Origin: an uncultured candidate division Zixibacteria bacterium
GTDB taxonomy: Bacteria; Zixibacteria; MSB-5A5; RBG-16-43-9
Direction: 5' to 3'
Assembly (NCBI GenBank): GCA_963713865.1
Contig: OY970208.1
Location: forward strand, 864,001-928,000
Length of the DNA: 64,000 nucleotides
Shown: piece by piece, positions 32,070-41,825 of the stretch
How positions within the stretch are numbered: the first letter of the stretch is position 1
Layout of the letters: every line of letters starts with the position of its first letter
Position numbers and translations under genes: made by a program
The notes under the pieces: generated by a model
Told to the model about the DNA's origin: nothing
Databases searched by the model: none
Seen by the model: only the letters and a program-made list of their open reading frames with translations

Positions 32070-33005
32070 CCTAAAGAAGTAAATAAAGTTCAGTTTGAGA
32101 CTATTTTAGTTGGAAAAGGGAGTTCACCCAAGTGGTCACCAGATGGAACTAAGCTTGCTTTTTTATGCGGGGGAGGGATTTGTGTTATAGATTCATCTGG
32201 AAAAGGAGAAATAAAAAAGATAAGCCCACTTAAAATCAAACACTATGAATGGCTGAGCGATAGTGAGTTAGTAGTTCGTGAGGGGGAATATGGGAGGATA
32301 AAGGGCAGACAAACTTTAACAGCGCGAATAAAAAAAGCAAATTTAGATGGTAGAATAGAAACAATTAGGGAAACCCATCCCACGTTTGAGTATCCATTTC
32401 CTGAGTCATTCAGTAAGTTCACTGTTTTGAAAGATGGCACAGTAGGATATTATGAAGATTTAAACGCTCTTAGAGGTGGGCCATTTTTCAAAGTTATAAG
32501 AAAGGGAAGACTAAAACCAGTAGAAGCTGAAAAACAAATGATTATTGCAGGAATTAAAGGTGAGAAAGGAGTCTGGTTAGTAAGTGCAGATAGGAGTGAG
32601 AAGAAAAAAATAACTGATAATGGATATAGATTTGTACAGCTTTCACCGGATGGTCATAAATTTATAGGAAATGATTCCAGAAATAATATCATTGTATTTG
32701 ATACTACAGGCAATGAAATGGCTAATTTAGGAAGAGGCGAAATTTTAAGTGAAGGCTCATTGGGGAATTGGTCTCCAGATAGTAAAAAAATTACCTATCA
32801 TATTTCTAAAGCAGGTGGAGAAGATGGCCAGTTTACCGTGGCTTCTGAATTATACATGGTTAACTCTGACGGGAGTGATAAAACTCAAATCACGGATACA
32901 CCGGATGAGATTGAGTTTGATCCGGTATGGTCTCCAAATGGGAGCAAGATAGCTTACTGGACAGGAGAACCGAAGTGGGAAGTGTTTATTATGAGATTAA
33001 AATAA
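31986..33005 (+). CDS. Membrane-anchored TolB-like (PD40) beta-propeller protein, copy 2
   Basis: First 28 aa identical to copy 1; WSPDGTKLAF, WSPDSKKI, DPVWSPNGSKIAY. Confidence 0.8.
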   Translation: MNNKRLIIPLIGLALLLALIYVVVQSQQPKEVNKVQFETILVGKGSSPKWSPDGTKLAFLCGGGICVIDSSGKGEIKKISPLKIKHYEWLSDSELVVREGEYGRIKGRQTLTARIKKANLDGRIETIRETHPTFEYPFPESFSKFTVLKDGTVGYYEDLNALRGGPFFKVIRKGRLKPVEAEKQMIIAGIKGEKGVWLVSADRSEKKKITDNGYRFVQLSPDGHKFIGNDSRNNIIVFDTTGNEMANLGRGEILSEGSLGNWSPDSKKITYHISKAGGEDGQFTVASELYMVNSDGSDKTQITDTPDEIEFDPVWSPNGSKIAYWTGEPKWEVFIMRLK

Positions 33006-33028
33006 ACTTTCATTTATGGGGGTGACAG

Positions 33029-34666
33029 ATGAAAAGAAAAAAGTTGATCTTGGGTTTTATTTTTCTTGTGTTTCTCATTTTCCATGTAAGCTCTTTTGCT
33101 CAAAAAATTTGTATAGATCCCGGACACGGTGGACCTGGTGCTTCAAAGTACTGGAATAATGGTGGGGGTGGAAATGAAGGTAGGGGTGCAGTAGGTCCGG
33201 ATGGATTAACCGAACAATGGATTAACTTAGAAGTAGCTAAAGAACTAAGATGGCAAATATACTTTTATCCTAATTATCCTGTGGTAATGACCCGTGAAAC
33301 AGATACCACAGACCTTACTCCTGTGCAGAGAGCTAGAATTGCGAATGATTCACTTGCAGACTGGTTCATCTCCATCCATCACCAAGGACTGAAACCTGAT
33401 CAATTCCAAAGAACAATGGCTTTTTACTGTAGTGCCCCAAAGACGCCCGTTTACCCCTACGAGGACAGAGATACCGATTCGCTCTTGGCCAAGAAAACTC
33501 TTTTTATGGTGCAAAATAATTTTCATTATCCTGATGGTTGTAGCTCACAATGCGGGCCTACACCTGACTGTAAAGACAGGGGTATCCTTCAATGCAACAC
33601 TTGTTATGATGTACTTCACTACAGCACCATGGTATCAGTACTGTCTGAAGCATCAAACATATCTTATGACGAATATGAAGAGTGGCTTTTTGATGGCAAC
33701 AATCAACATAGGTTGGCTGAAGCCCAGGGGCTTTATCATGGGTTAATGAGTTATATAAACGGTGCCGGAATCGCTACAGTAACAACTCGATGGATTGGAG
33801 GAGATGGTGGAGTAATAAGAGTAGATGGTGAAAATGAAATTTCCCCCTTTGTTACTTGTTGGGAGCAATTTGAGCAGCATTCATTACAAGCAGATTATCA
33901 GTATCTAGGTGAATATTACTGCGTACCCCATCACTGGCTTGAAGTTGAAACTGGATATACAAGCCCAGATCCGATTTGGATTATATCTGTACCCCCTGGT
34001 GAATCTACCCACACCTACATAGCCTATTACACAGGTGGTCCTTATGAAGCCAATCTTTTTATGCCGGATGGCGGGGAAGAATGGCTGGTTGGAGATGAGG
34101 GAGCGATTATCTGGGCTGGATTTGGGCCAGTAACTTCACCCGGAGTTGATTCTACTACTCTAATTGATGTCTTTTTAGATAGAAACGGAGGGCAGGATGG
34201 CTATGGTGAGATACTTTTTACTGGAATCCCCAGAAAGGATTACATGGCGGCAGGCTGGCAGGTCACTGGTCCAGCCTCAACTAAATGCAGGATAAAGATA
34301 GTTGCTCATGACTGCGTGGATAATACTGCAACGGATGTAAGCAGTTATGATTTCACCATCAGGTTCCCGAATATTTCAGGGGATGTCAATACTGACGGAA
34401 AAGTTTCTATATCAGACGTGGTTTATCTGATAAATTATCTTTTCAAATCAGGTCCTGGGTTTGAACCCTTATGGAAAGGTGATACCAATGGCGATTGCAA
34501 AGTAAGTTTATCAGATGTAGTCTATCTGATAAACTACCTTACAAAAGGCGGTCCAGCTCCGATTTGCGATGGTAGCTGCTGGGCTTGTATGCGGGCTTCA
34601 GTTAAAGAAGATGAGAATCCTTTTGTAAAAGACCCATCCTTAACGAAAAAAATCTATAAGCAATGA
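33029..34666 (+). CDS. Secreted N-acetylmuramoyl-L-alanine amidase (Amidase_3) + Ig-like + dockerin-like domain
   Basis: IDPGHGG, E..INL, VMTR, R..IAN, FISIH, VLSE; GDVNTDG.VSISDVVYLINYLFKSGP and a second repeat. Confidence 0.85.
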   Translation: MKRKKLILGFIFLVFLIFHVSSFAQKICIDPGHGGPGASKYWNNGGGGNEGRGAVGPDGLTEQWINLEVAKELRWQIYFYPNYPVVMTRETDTTDLTPVQRARIANDSLADWFISIHHQGLKPDQFQRTMAFYCSAPKTPVYPYEDRDTDSLLAKKTLFMVQNNFHYPDGCSSQCGPTPDCKDRGILQCNTCYDVLHYSTMVSVLSEASNISYDEYEEWLFDGNNQHRLAEAQGLYHGLMSYINGAGIATVTTRWIGGDGGVIRVDGENEISPFVTCWEQFEQHSLQADYQYLGEYYCVPHHWLEVETGYTSPDPIWIISVPPGESTHTYIAYYTGGPYEANLFMPDGGEEWLVGDEGAIIWAGFGPVTSPGVDSTTLIDVFLDRNGGQDGYGEILFTGIPRKDYMAAGWQVTGPASTKCRIKIVAHDCVDNTATDVSSYDFTIRFPNISGDVNTDGKVSISDVVYLINYLFKSGPGFEPLWKGDTNGDCKVSLSDVVYLINYLTKGGPAPICDGSCWACMRASVKEDENPFVKDPSLTKKIYKQ

Positions 34667-34829
34667 ATGTTATCTTATTTTAGAGGTAAAGTGATTAAAT
34701 TCAAGAAGTTTTAATAAAAACTTAATTAAACCAACTTTCCATATCTTGTGTATAAAATTAAGTAATTTACTATATGTAGATATGAAGTGCGTTAATTTAA
34801 AAATTTAACAAAAAGTTTTAAGATTTTGC

Positions 34830-34857
34830 TTGACAATAGATTAGTGCCTGTTATCTT
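34830..34857 (+). promoter_or_regulatory. Probable sigma70 promoter of the small peptide gene
   Basis: TTGACA(34830)-16-TATCTT(34852) with a TG extended -10. Confidence 0.55.
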
Positions 34858-35052
34858 AAACCCAAGAGGAGAGGATGGTAAGTGCTGGGTTAATCTCATT
34901 ATTTATTAACTTACCCCTCCATAGCTGCTTTTTTGAAATGGGACTGTAGATTATAATTTATTAAAGTTAGCCTGATTGAATTAATAAAAGATCAGAGTAA
35001 CTTGCTCTGTCTTTTATTGCTCAGATTTTGAACAAAACAAGGAGGTGATGTA

Positions 35053-35133
35053 ATGGAGCTGAAAAAACTAATACTAGAGGTGGAGGAGTTAGAGGAGAAG
35101 ATTGCTCCTTTATCATCTAACGGCGATCAATAG
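35053..35133 (+). CDS. Unannotated 26-aa peptide MELKKLILEVEELEEKIAPLSSNGDQ (RiPP-precursor-like)
   Basis: SD AAGGAGGTGA at 35039-35048, ATG, tandem TAG TAA stops, own promoter and terminator. Confidence 0.7.
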   Translation: MELKKLILEVEELEEKIAPLSSNGDQ

Positions 35134-35186
35134 TAACTTGCTTTTTGAAGTTACTTTCTTGGACGATAATTAACACCTCCTTAAGG

Positions 35187-35222
35187 AAGACCACCCGGCT
35201 TCTGGGTGGTCTTGTTTTTTTA
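35187..35222 (+). terminator. Intrinsic terminator
   Basis: AAGACCACCCGG-ctt-CTGGGTGGTCTT then GTTTTTTTT. Confidence 0.85.
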
Positions 35223-35571
35223 TATTTTTTGTCGGTGATTAAAGTTTCCTTCGTGAAGCTGATGAAAACCTTTTTGAACTGCTTCCTTTACTCCTCGTCG
35301 GGTGAGATCTTTTGGTTCTGAGTTGATGTCCTGCAGGAGCACTGATATTTATCAAGAATGATTTTCTAATGAACAGGGGGTATATCGTTATATAAATAGC
35401 GAAGAATTAAATTCTGGTGGGTTAGTTTTTAAATTTTTAGGAGGTCTAAAGGTTTCCATTATAGAATGAGTCAAACGAAAAAAAGACCCACATCGGGGAT
35501 AGCTCCCAAAATACAACCTGGGTTTTTCGGTTAGTAAGTTCTTTTCAGATTTTTTAGAAATGCGAAATCTT

Positions 35572-36378
35572 TTACTCCTCTTCTTTTTCTAAAAGGAGAT
35601 TTCTCATTAGCTCGTCGATCCTTTCGATCCTGAAGGGCTTGGCTAAATATCCATCTGCTCCCTCTATCAGGGCTTTGTCCTCCGGGTAGGCGCTTGAGTA
35701 TGCGGTTATCATAATCACCGGGGTTTTCATATCCCCTTCCTTAATCTTTTTCATCAAGCTGATTCCATCCATATAGGGCATCTTAATATCAGTGATGACT
35801 AAATCGAAATGTTCTTTCTGTAAAATCTCCCAGGCCTTTTCTCCGTCCTCTGCGGCCGTAGAGAGATAGTCTAAAGAAGAAAGGGTATCGATGAGCATAT
35901 TTCTCAATACCTCATCATCATCCACCACTAATATTCTCTTAAGGCTTTTCTTGTTTTCGTCCTCAGGTTTTTTACGACCTAATAGATTTTCAATTGCCTC
36001 TTCCATCTTGCCGATACGGAACGGCTTGGCTAAAAAACCATCCGCTCCTTTCTGCAGAGCTTGTTCCATAGTATAGTTGTAATTATAACCAGTGATTAGA
36101 AGAACTGGCAGGTTCGGGTCCTTGGATTTAATGGATTCCACCAGAGAAAAGCCGGTCATTTTGGGCATCCTTATATCAGCAATTACCAGATCCATCTTCT
36201 GCTGATCTAAAAGGGTCAAAGCCTCTTCCCCGTCCTTAGCTCCGAAAGTATTATAGCCTAAAGCGGATAAAGTATCAATCATTAACTGCCGGACCTTCTC
36301 CTCATCATCCACGATCAAAACTTTAGTCCCTTGATTCATACAGACCTCTACTTTGTAGGTGTAAACTTGTGTCTCCAT
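35572..36378 (-). CDS. Tandem receiver-domain (REC-REC) response regulator
   Basis: Two VDD/DIxMP/GADG(F/Y)LAKPF repeats; no output domain. Confidence 0.92.
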   Translation of the reverse strand: METQVYTYKVEVCMNQGTKVLIVDDEEKVRQLMIDTLSALGYNTFGAKDGEEALTLLDQQKMDLVIADIRMPKMTGFSLVESIKSKDPNLPVLLITGYNYNYTMEQALQKGADGFLAKPFRIGKMEEAIENLLGRKKPEDENKKSLKRILVVDDDEVLRNMLIDTLSSLDYLSTAAEDGEKAWEILQKEHFDLVITDIKMPYMDGISLMKKIKEGDMKTPVIMITAYSSAYPEDKALIEGADGYLAKPFRIERIDELMRNLLLEKEEE

Positions 36379-36444
36379 ATATTTTTATCGTATTTTTCGG
36401 GAATTACTTTAAGGAAAATAAAAGAAAATTGGGGTGGGTTTTTT

Positions 36445-37812
36445 TCAGGAACGGATAAGATTCAAAACCTCAGATTTCTTTTGTTCCATCAGCTCTTTTG
36501 TGTCTGCCTCTAAGTTCAGGCGAATCAAGGGCTCGGTGTTAGAAGGTCTCAGGTTAAACCACCAGTCCGGGTATTCTACAGTGAGTCCATCCAGGTGGTC
36601 GAACCTGGCATCTTTATAAAAAGATTCGATATTTTTAAGTTTATGGGGAATATCCTCGATCCGGGAATTTATCTCCCCGGTTCTGAAATAAGGGTCGATT
36701 GAGCTTACCAGTTGAGAGAGCGGTTTATCTTCTTCAGAGAGAAGCTCCAGACAGATCAAGAGAGCTATCATACCAGAATCAGCATAGAAATTTTTTCGGA
36801 AGTAGAAATGACCGGAGTGCTCTCCTCCGAAAATGGCGTTATATTTTTTCATCAGAGGTTTTATCAGGGCATGTCCAACCGGAGTGCGGATGCCTTTTCC
36901 ACCATTCTGCTTAATTATCTCAAGAACAGTCCTAGAACATGGAACATTGTATAATATGGTTGCACCTTTTTCCTTTTTTAATAAATTCTTGGCTACCAGA
37001 GCAGTTACTAAATCACCTCCTAAGGGAAAGGCTTTCTCATCTACCAGGAACATCCGGTCTGCATCTCCATCAAAAGCCACACCCAGGTCTGCTTTTTCCT
37101 TTAAAACTTTCTGTCTTAAGGGAGCGATATTCTCCGGCTCCATAGGGCTGGGGGGATGGTTGGGGAAAGAACCATCTAATTCAAAGAACATCGGAATAAT
37201 CTGACAGTGAAGATAAGAAAAAAGTTCTGGTAAAATCTTGCCAGCAATCCCGTTCCCCGCATCAATTGCTATCTTAAAGGGTTTGATCTTTTGTGGCTGG
37301 ATGAAAGAGAGAAGATGCTGGATATGGTCAGCCTGGACATCCTGTTTTCTTATCTCCCCTTTTTTCGTAGTAATCAGAAATCCACCTTTAAGGATAATCT
37401 CTTTGATCTGCTCAATCCCCTCTTTTCCACTTAGAGGGACCGCTTCTTTTTTACACATCTTCATACCGTTGTAATCCTTAGGATTATGAGAGGCGGTGAT
37501 CATAATCCCGGAATCGTATCCGAATTTCCCTACAGTAAAATAAAGGGCATCAGTACTGCATAAGCCGATATCTATAATATCCGAACCGGATTCAGTTATC
37601 CCCTGAACGAGACTATTTCTTAAGGTTTCTGAGGAGAGACGCATATCCCTGCCCAAAACTACCTCATCCGGCTTAAGGTGTTTGACAAAAGCTTTTCCGA
37701 TCAGGAAGGCAACCTCCTCATTTAACTCCCCAGGATATATTCCTCTTATGTCATAAGCCTTGAATATGGCCGGGTTTATCTTTCCACTAGAAGCTTTTCC
37801 TTTTAATTGCAT
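36445..37812 (-). CDS. Phosphomannomutase/phosphoglucomutase
   Basis: FKAYDIRG, ITASHNP, FDGDADR, GEHSGH, RPSNTEP. Confidence 0.95.
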   Translation of the reverse strand: MQLKGKASSGKINPAIFKAYDIRGIYPGELNEEVAFLIGKAFVKHLKPDEVVLGRDMRLSSETLRNSLVQGITESGSDIIDIGLCSTDALYFTVGKFGYDSGIMITASHNPKDYNGMKMCKKEAVPLSGKEGIEQIKEIILKGGFLITTKKGEIRKQDVQADHIQHLLSFIQPQKIKPFKIAIDAGNGIAGKILPELFSYLHCQIIPMFFELDGSFPNHPPSPMEPENIAPLRQKVLKEKADLGVAFDGDADRMFLVDEKAFPLGGDLVTALVAKNLLKKEKGATILYNVPCSRTVLEIIKQNGGKGIRTPVGHALIKPLMKKYNAIFGGEHSGHFYFRKNFYADSGMIALLICLELLSEEDKPLSQLVSSIDPYFRTGEINSRIEDIPHKLKNIESFYKDARFDHLDGLTVEYPDWWFNLRPSNTEPLIRLNLEADTKELMEQKKSEVLNLIRS

Positions 37813-37833
37813 CTTTTCCTCCAGACCAAAATG

Positions 37834-37862
37834 ATTATAAAGAAAAAAATCTTCTTTGTCAA
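37834..37862 (-). promoter_or_regulatory. Consensus sigma70 promoter of the PMM/PGM gene
   Basis: Minus strand TTGACA-17-TATAAT. Confidence 0.8.
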
Positions 37863-38023
37863 ATTTTTATGTTGGGATCTTTTAAGCTGACGATTCTTCA
37901 GTGGATTAGAGAATAGATGAAACCTCTTGAAATGGCGGAAAAAGAAGAAACACTGAGATCTGTTGCTGAAAGGATAATTAAACTCAGCCTTCAGGAGAAT
38001 CGGTTTTAAATGGTTTTTTAAGA

Positions 38024-41000
38024 TTATTTACCTACCATTACCTGGGTGAGTTTTCTTATATCTATGATGAGATTAAGTTTCTCTTCCTCGTTTAGATAGC
38101 TTTGTTTAAGGTCCGGGTCTTCGATATTCTGGCTTAAATCCTTGATGAGCTTGCCAGCCATTTCATATTCCTTATAAGCGTTTTCCATATCATTCTTCGT
38201 AAAGCTGATTTTCCCTCTAAGGTAATGTATTCTCCAGACCAGCTCAAATTTATTAAGCTTTGAAGCTTTATTTAAAGCTGTTTCTGAATATCTTTGTGCC
38301 TGATCAAAATTTTCATTTTCAATTTCTTTACGGAAGAGAAGGAAATAATATTCGGGTTCAATCAAGGGAAAACTACTCTGGTCGATGATTTTCTTAGCCT
38401 TCTCCAGAAATTTTTCAAACATCTGGTATCGGCTTGAGTCCAGATAGAGCCAGGCAAAATCTAAATTTAAGTTGAGCTTATCCTCTAAAGAATTCAACTC
38501 TTCAGCCCATTCCAATGAATTCTCATGCAGTTTTAATGCTTCAGCCACTTTCTTCTTTTTCCTTAAAAATATCCCTTTTAAGCGCCCAACTGTAATCTGG
38601 GTACGTCTATCATTTATTTCTCTTGATATCTCCAAACCTTTTTCTATAAACCGATCCGCATCCTCTGAGCGGTTTAACAAGAATAACAACCTTGCCATAG
38701 AGATAAAAACCGAGGCTTTCAATTCTTTATCTTCCATCTTTTCAGAAAGCGTTAGAGACTCCTTTAATAGCTCTAAAGCTCTCTGGTAAAAGCCAGTTTC
38801 AAAATCTATATTAGCCAGATTCTTCAATAAGTATCCAACCGGGAGTAGGAAATCTATTTTCCGGGCTATCTCTAAACCCATATTGGCATAGCTGGCAGCT
38901 TTCTCATACTCCCCCAACTTGAAATAACATTCGCTAAGATTTACTGTGTTTATGGTGATCTCCTTTTTGTTCTCAATCTCCTGGTTTAATTCAAGAGACT
39001 CCATGTAGGAACTGATTGCATTTTGGAGACTTCCCATAAGATAATAAACAAATCCGATATTATTTAAACTTCGTGCTATCTCCTCTTTATTCCCCAGCTC
39101 TTTTTTTATCTGTAAAGACTCATTATGATATTCCAGTGCTCTTCTATATTGATGTTGAGAAACATAAATTGAGCCCATATTATTTAAAGTGGAGGCTATA
39201 TCAGACTTGTTCTCCAGAGCGCGTTGAATTTCCAGAGCTTCCCCAAACGCTTCTAAGGCTTTTTGATATTGAGAGTCTATCCAGTAGATATTCCCGATAT
39301 TATTAAGGGTGTGGGCGACCTCTTTATTATCCTTCAGGTCCTGGAAGATCATCTTGGCTTTAAGCAAAAATTCTAAACCTTTCTGGTGGTCATGTTTTAA
39401 CCTGAAAAGAGCTCCTAAGTCTTTATAAGTTTCAGCGATTAATCTCCTATCTTCTGAAGGATCAGCTATTTTTAGAATCTCTTCGTAATCTTTTTGAGCC
39501 TGTTTTAGTTCGCCAATGTTTTTCAGCAGGTCACCCTTCTGCATAAGGGTGTGGGAAATCCTTTTTTCTCTTTCCTTTTTTTCGGAAAATTTTCCCGCAG
39601 CTTCTAAGGTTTTATTAAGATATTTTAAGGCTTGAGGATAGTCTAAATCCTTCTGGTTTTTGACAGCACATTGAAATGAATATCCAAAAGCTTTTTGGTA
39701 ATCATCGCTTAAAATAAAATGATGGGCAACTGTCTCGGTCTCAATCTCTTCTCCCTGAGATTTTCTTTCCTCCAGATGATAAGCCAGTTTGCGATGAAGT
39801 GGCTCTTTCCCCGGGTTGAAATTCTTATAGATCAAGGACTGAAGAACAGGACTGGCAAAATTATATACCAGAAAGGAGGGTTTCTTTTGAGTCTGTATCA
39901 GGATCCTATCCTTTAAAAGGACGAAAAGTGTTTCAAAGATTTTCTCCTCATCATATCCGGTTAAGAATTTTATAGATTTCAGGTCGAATTCTATCCCGAT
40001 TAAAGCTGCCAGGTTCAGGAAGCTCAAGACCTTCTCAGGATATCTTTTTAGATTTCCCAAAATGGTCTTCTCGATATTATCCGGAATCTCAAGCTCCGCT
40101 AAGAGTTTTTTCTCTAATCTGAACGAACCTTTTTCAAAGTAGAGAACCTTCTTTTCAAAAAGGTATTTTAAAATCTCCAGAGCAAAAAGCGGAACTCCAG
40201 AAGAATTATGATAGATGAAATCAAGCAAGGATTTTGAGATAGTCTGCTCTGCTAACTTCTGGGATAAAAGCTCCTCTAATTCCTTTAGAGTCAAAGGAGG
40301 TAATCTTAGAAAGTGGAGCTGGCTTGTGCCGGTAAGTCGGTTGATCAGAGATTTAAGTTTACCCTGCGGGTCTAAATCGTTTTCCTCCAGTGTCCCGACT
40401 AAAAAGAGCTTAGATCTATCCAGGGTTTTGGTTAGCTCCTCTATGAAACTAAAACATCCTTCTCCCATCCAGTGAAGGTCTTCGAAGGCTAAAACAAAAG
40501 GGAAAAGATTAGAAGCCTCAAAAAGAAAGGATGATAGTCTATCCAGCTTTAAATTTTCCTGCTCTTCTTGATCTGGAGTTACCGTTAGGAATAATTTAAA
40601 ATCCTCCTCATATTTCTGGCACAGTGGCGGAGAGAGCTGTTGAAAGAAAGGCCAGATTTTTCTGAAAAGCTCCTTCAGGGGTTGTAAAGGATAGGTTTCT
40701 TCTTTGGGACAATTGATCTGGACAAAAAGGATCCCCTCCAGCTGACTTTCTTTTTTGAGATAATTTAACAGGGTAGACTTCCCTATTCCCAACCCTCCTT
40801 CGATTAAAAACATCCTCCCAGCATTAGAGAGAGACTCTTTTAATTCTTTTTGCAGAATCTGGTATTCTTTTTCCCGGGCAAGGATTTTGCCGTCGTAAAG
40901 CTGGTTTATATAGGAACTCTTTTCAGCTCCCCAGAGGGGAAAAGTTACGATCTGGGAGAGTTTTTCTTTTAACTCTGAGATGTTCTGGAAACGGTCTTCA

Positions 41001-41749
41001 GGTTTTTTTCGAAGAAGTTTTAACACTAAAGAGTCCAGTTCCTCAGATACTCCAGCTCTAAAGGCAGAGGGAGGAGGAGGGATTTTTTCTAAATGATTAG
41101 ATCTCAAAACCAAAGGATCTTCAGAAATAAAAGGAAGCTTGGAGGTTAAAAGCTCAAATAAGATCACTCCCAGGGAATACAGATCTGCTCGCTGGTCAAT
41201 TTTTTTGCCAAGCCAGACCTCTGGAGCCATATAATCAGGCGTTCCCTCGATTTGATCTGAAGTCTGACCAGAGGAGGTTCGAACCAACCCGAAATCCAGG
41301 ATTTTGACGGAAAAGATACCCGGAGTTAATTTGAAGTTGGACGGTTTTAAGTCAGCGTGGATTAAATTTTGTGAGTGGAGGTATTCTAAAATATCACTGA
41401 TCTGCCAGACGAGCTTGTAAAACCTATTTAAATCTTGCTGGGCAACTTCTGGAGATAACTCTTCACCTTCTACCAGCTCCATTGTGTAGAAAGCTTTTTT
41501 TTCTCTGGTATAGCCAAAATCATATACTTCCACTATCCCTGGATGAGATAGCTCTGAGGTTAGCCTGAACTCCTGCTTGAATTTCTCCAGGCCATTTTTT
41601 TCTTCGCCGCCAAAAGCAGTGTGGAGTTTCAAAGCTATCCTTTTTTCCTCCCAGAGGTCAAAAACCTCAAATACCATCCCTAAGCCACCCTGGGCTAATT
41701 TTTTTATAATCTGATATCGAGGAGTTATATACTTTTTTTCTTCTAACAT
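38024..41749 (-). CDS. Ser/Thr kinase - STAND/AAA ATPase - TPR protein
   Basis: GGLG.V, ALK, HADLKPSN, DFGL, GTPDYMAPE; Walker A GGLGIGKST, FEDLHW; LNNIG-type TPR repeats. Confidence 0.92.
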   Translation of the reverse strand: MLEEKKYITPRYQIIKKLAQGGLGMVFEVFDLWEEKRIALKLHTAFGGEEKNGLEKFKQEFRLTSELSHPGIVEVYDFGYTREKKAFYTMELVEGEELSPEVAQQDLNRFYKLVWQISDILEYLHSQNLIHADLKPSNFKLTPGIFSVKILDFGLVRTSSGQTSDQIEGTPDYMAPEVWLGKKIDQRADLYSLGVILFELLTSKLPFISEDPLVLRSNHLEKIPPPPSAFRAGVSEELDSLVLKLLRKKPEDRFQNISELKEKLSQIVTFPLWGAEKSSYINQLYDGKILAREKEYQILQKELKESLSNAGRMFLIEGGLGIGKSTLLNYLKKESQLEGILFVQINCPKEETYPLQPLKELFRKIWPFFQQLSPPLCQKYEEDFKLFLTVTPDQEEQENLKLDRLSSFLFEASNLFPFVLAFEDLHWMGEGCFSFIEELTKTLDRSKLFLVGTLEENDLDPQGKLKSLINRLTGTSQLHFLRLPPLTLKELEELLSQKLAEQTISKSLLDFIYHNSSGVPLFALEILKYLFEKKVLYFEKGSFRLEKKLLAELEIPDNIEKTILGNLKRYPEKVLSFLNLAALIGIEFDLKSIKFLTGYDEEKIFETLFVLLKDRILIQTQKKPSFLVYNFASPVLQSLIYKNFNPGKEPLHRKLAYHLEERKSQGEEIETETVAHHFILSDDYQKAFGYSFQCAVKNQKDLDYPQALKYLNKTLEAAGKFSEKKEREKRISHTLMQKGDLLKNIGELKQAQKDYEEILKIADPSEDRRLIAETYKDLGALFRLKHDHQKGLEFLLKAKMIFQDLKDNKEVAHTLNNIGNIYWIDSQYQKALEAFGEALEIQRALENKSDIASTLNNMGSIYVSQHQYRRALEYHNESLQIKKELGNKEEIARSLNNIGFVYYLMGSLQNAISSYMESLELNQEIENKKEITINTVNLSECYFKLGEYEKAASYANMGLEIARKIDFLLPVGYLLKNLANIDFETGFYQRALELLKESLTLSEKMEDKELKASVFISMARLLFLLNRSEDADRFIEKGLEISREINDRRTQITVGRLKGIFLRKKKKVAEALKLHENSLEWAEELNSLEDKLNLNLDFAWLYLDSSRYQMFEKFLEKAKKIIDQSSFPLIEPEYYFLLFRKEIENENFDQAQRYSETALNKASKLNKFELVWRIHYLRGKISFTKNDMENAYKEYEMAGKLIKDLSQNIEDPDLKQSYLNEEEKLNLIIDIRKLTQVMVGK

Positions 41750-41825
41750 AACCGGAATAGTTTGTTAAAGGAGAGTGAGGGTGAAATTGTAACTTTTTTA
41801 TTGGTCTTAGACTTATAGATAAAAT

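Noticed and set aside
35225-35570. Small ORFs or an antitoxin RNA downstream of the peptide gene
   Set aside because: No ORF with a credible RBS; the hairpin near 35480-35527 is adequately explained as the terminator of the REC-REC gene
37878-38012. Possible 6S-like or other ncRNA (ends partly complementary)
   Set aside because: Pairing is weak and no family features are recognisable without a covariance search
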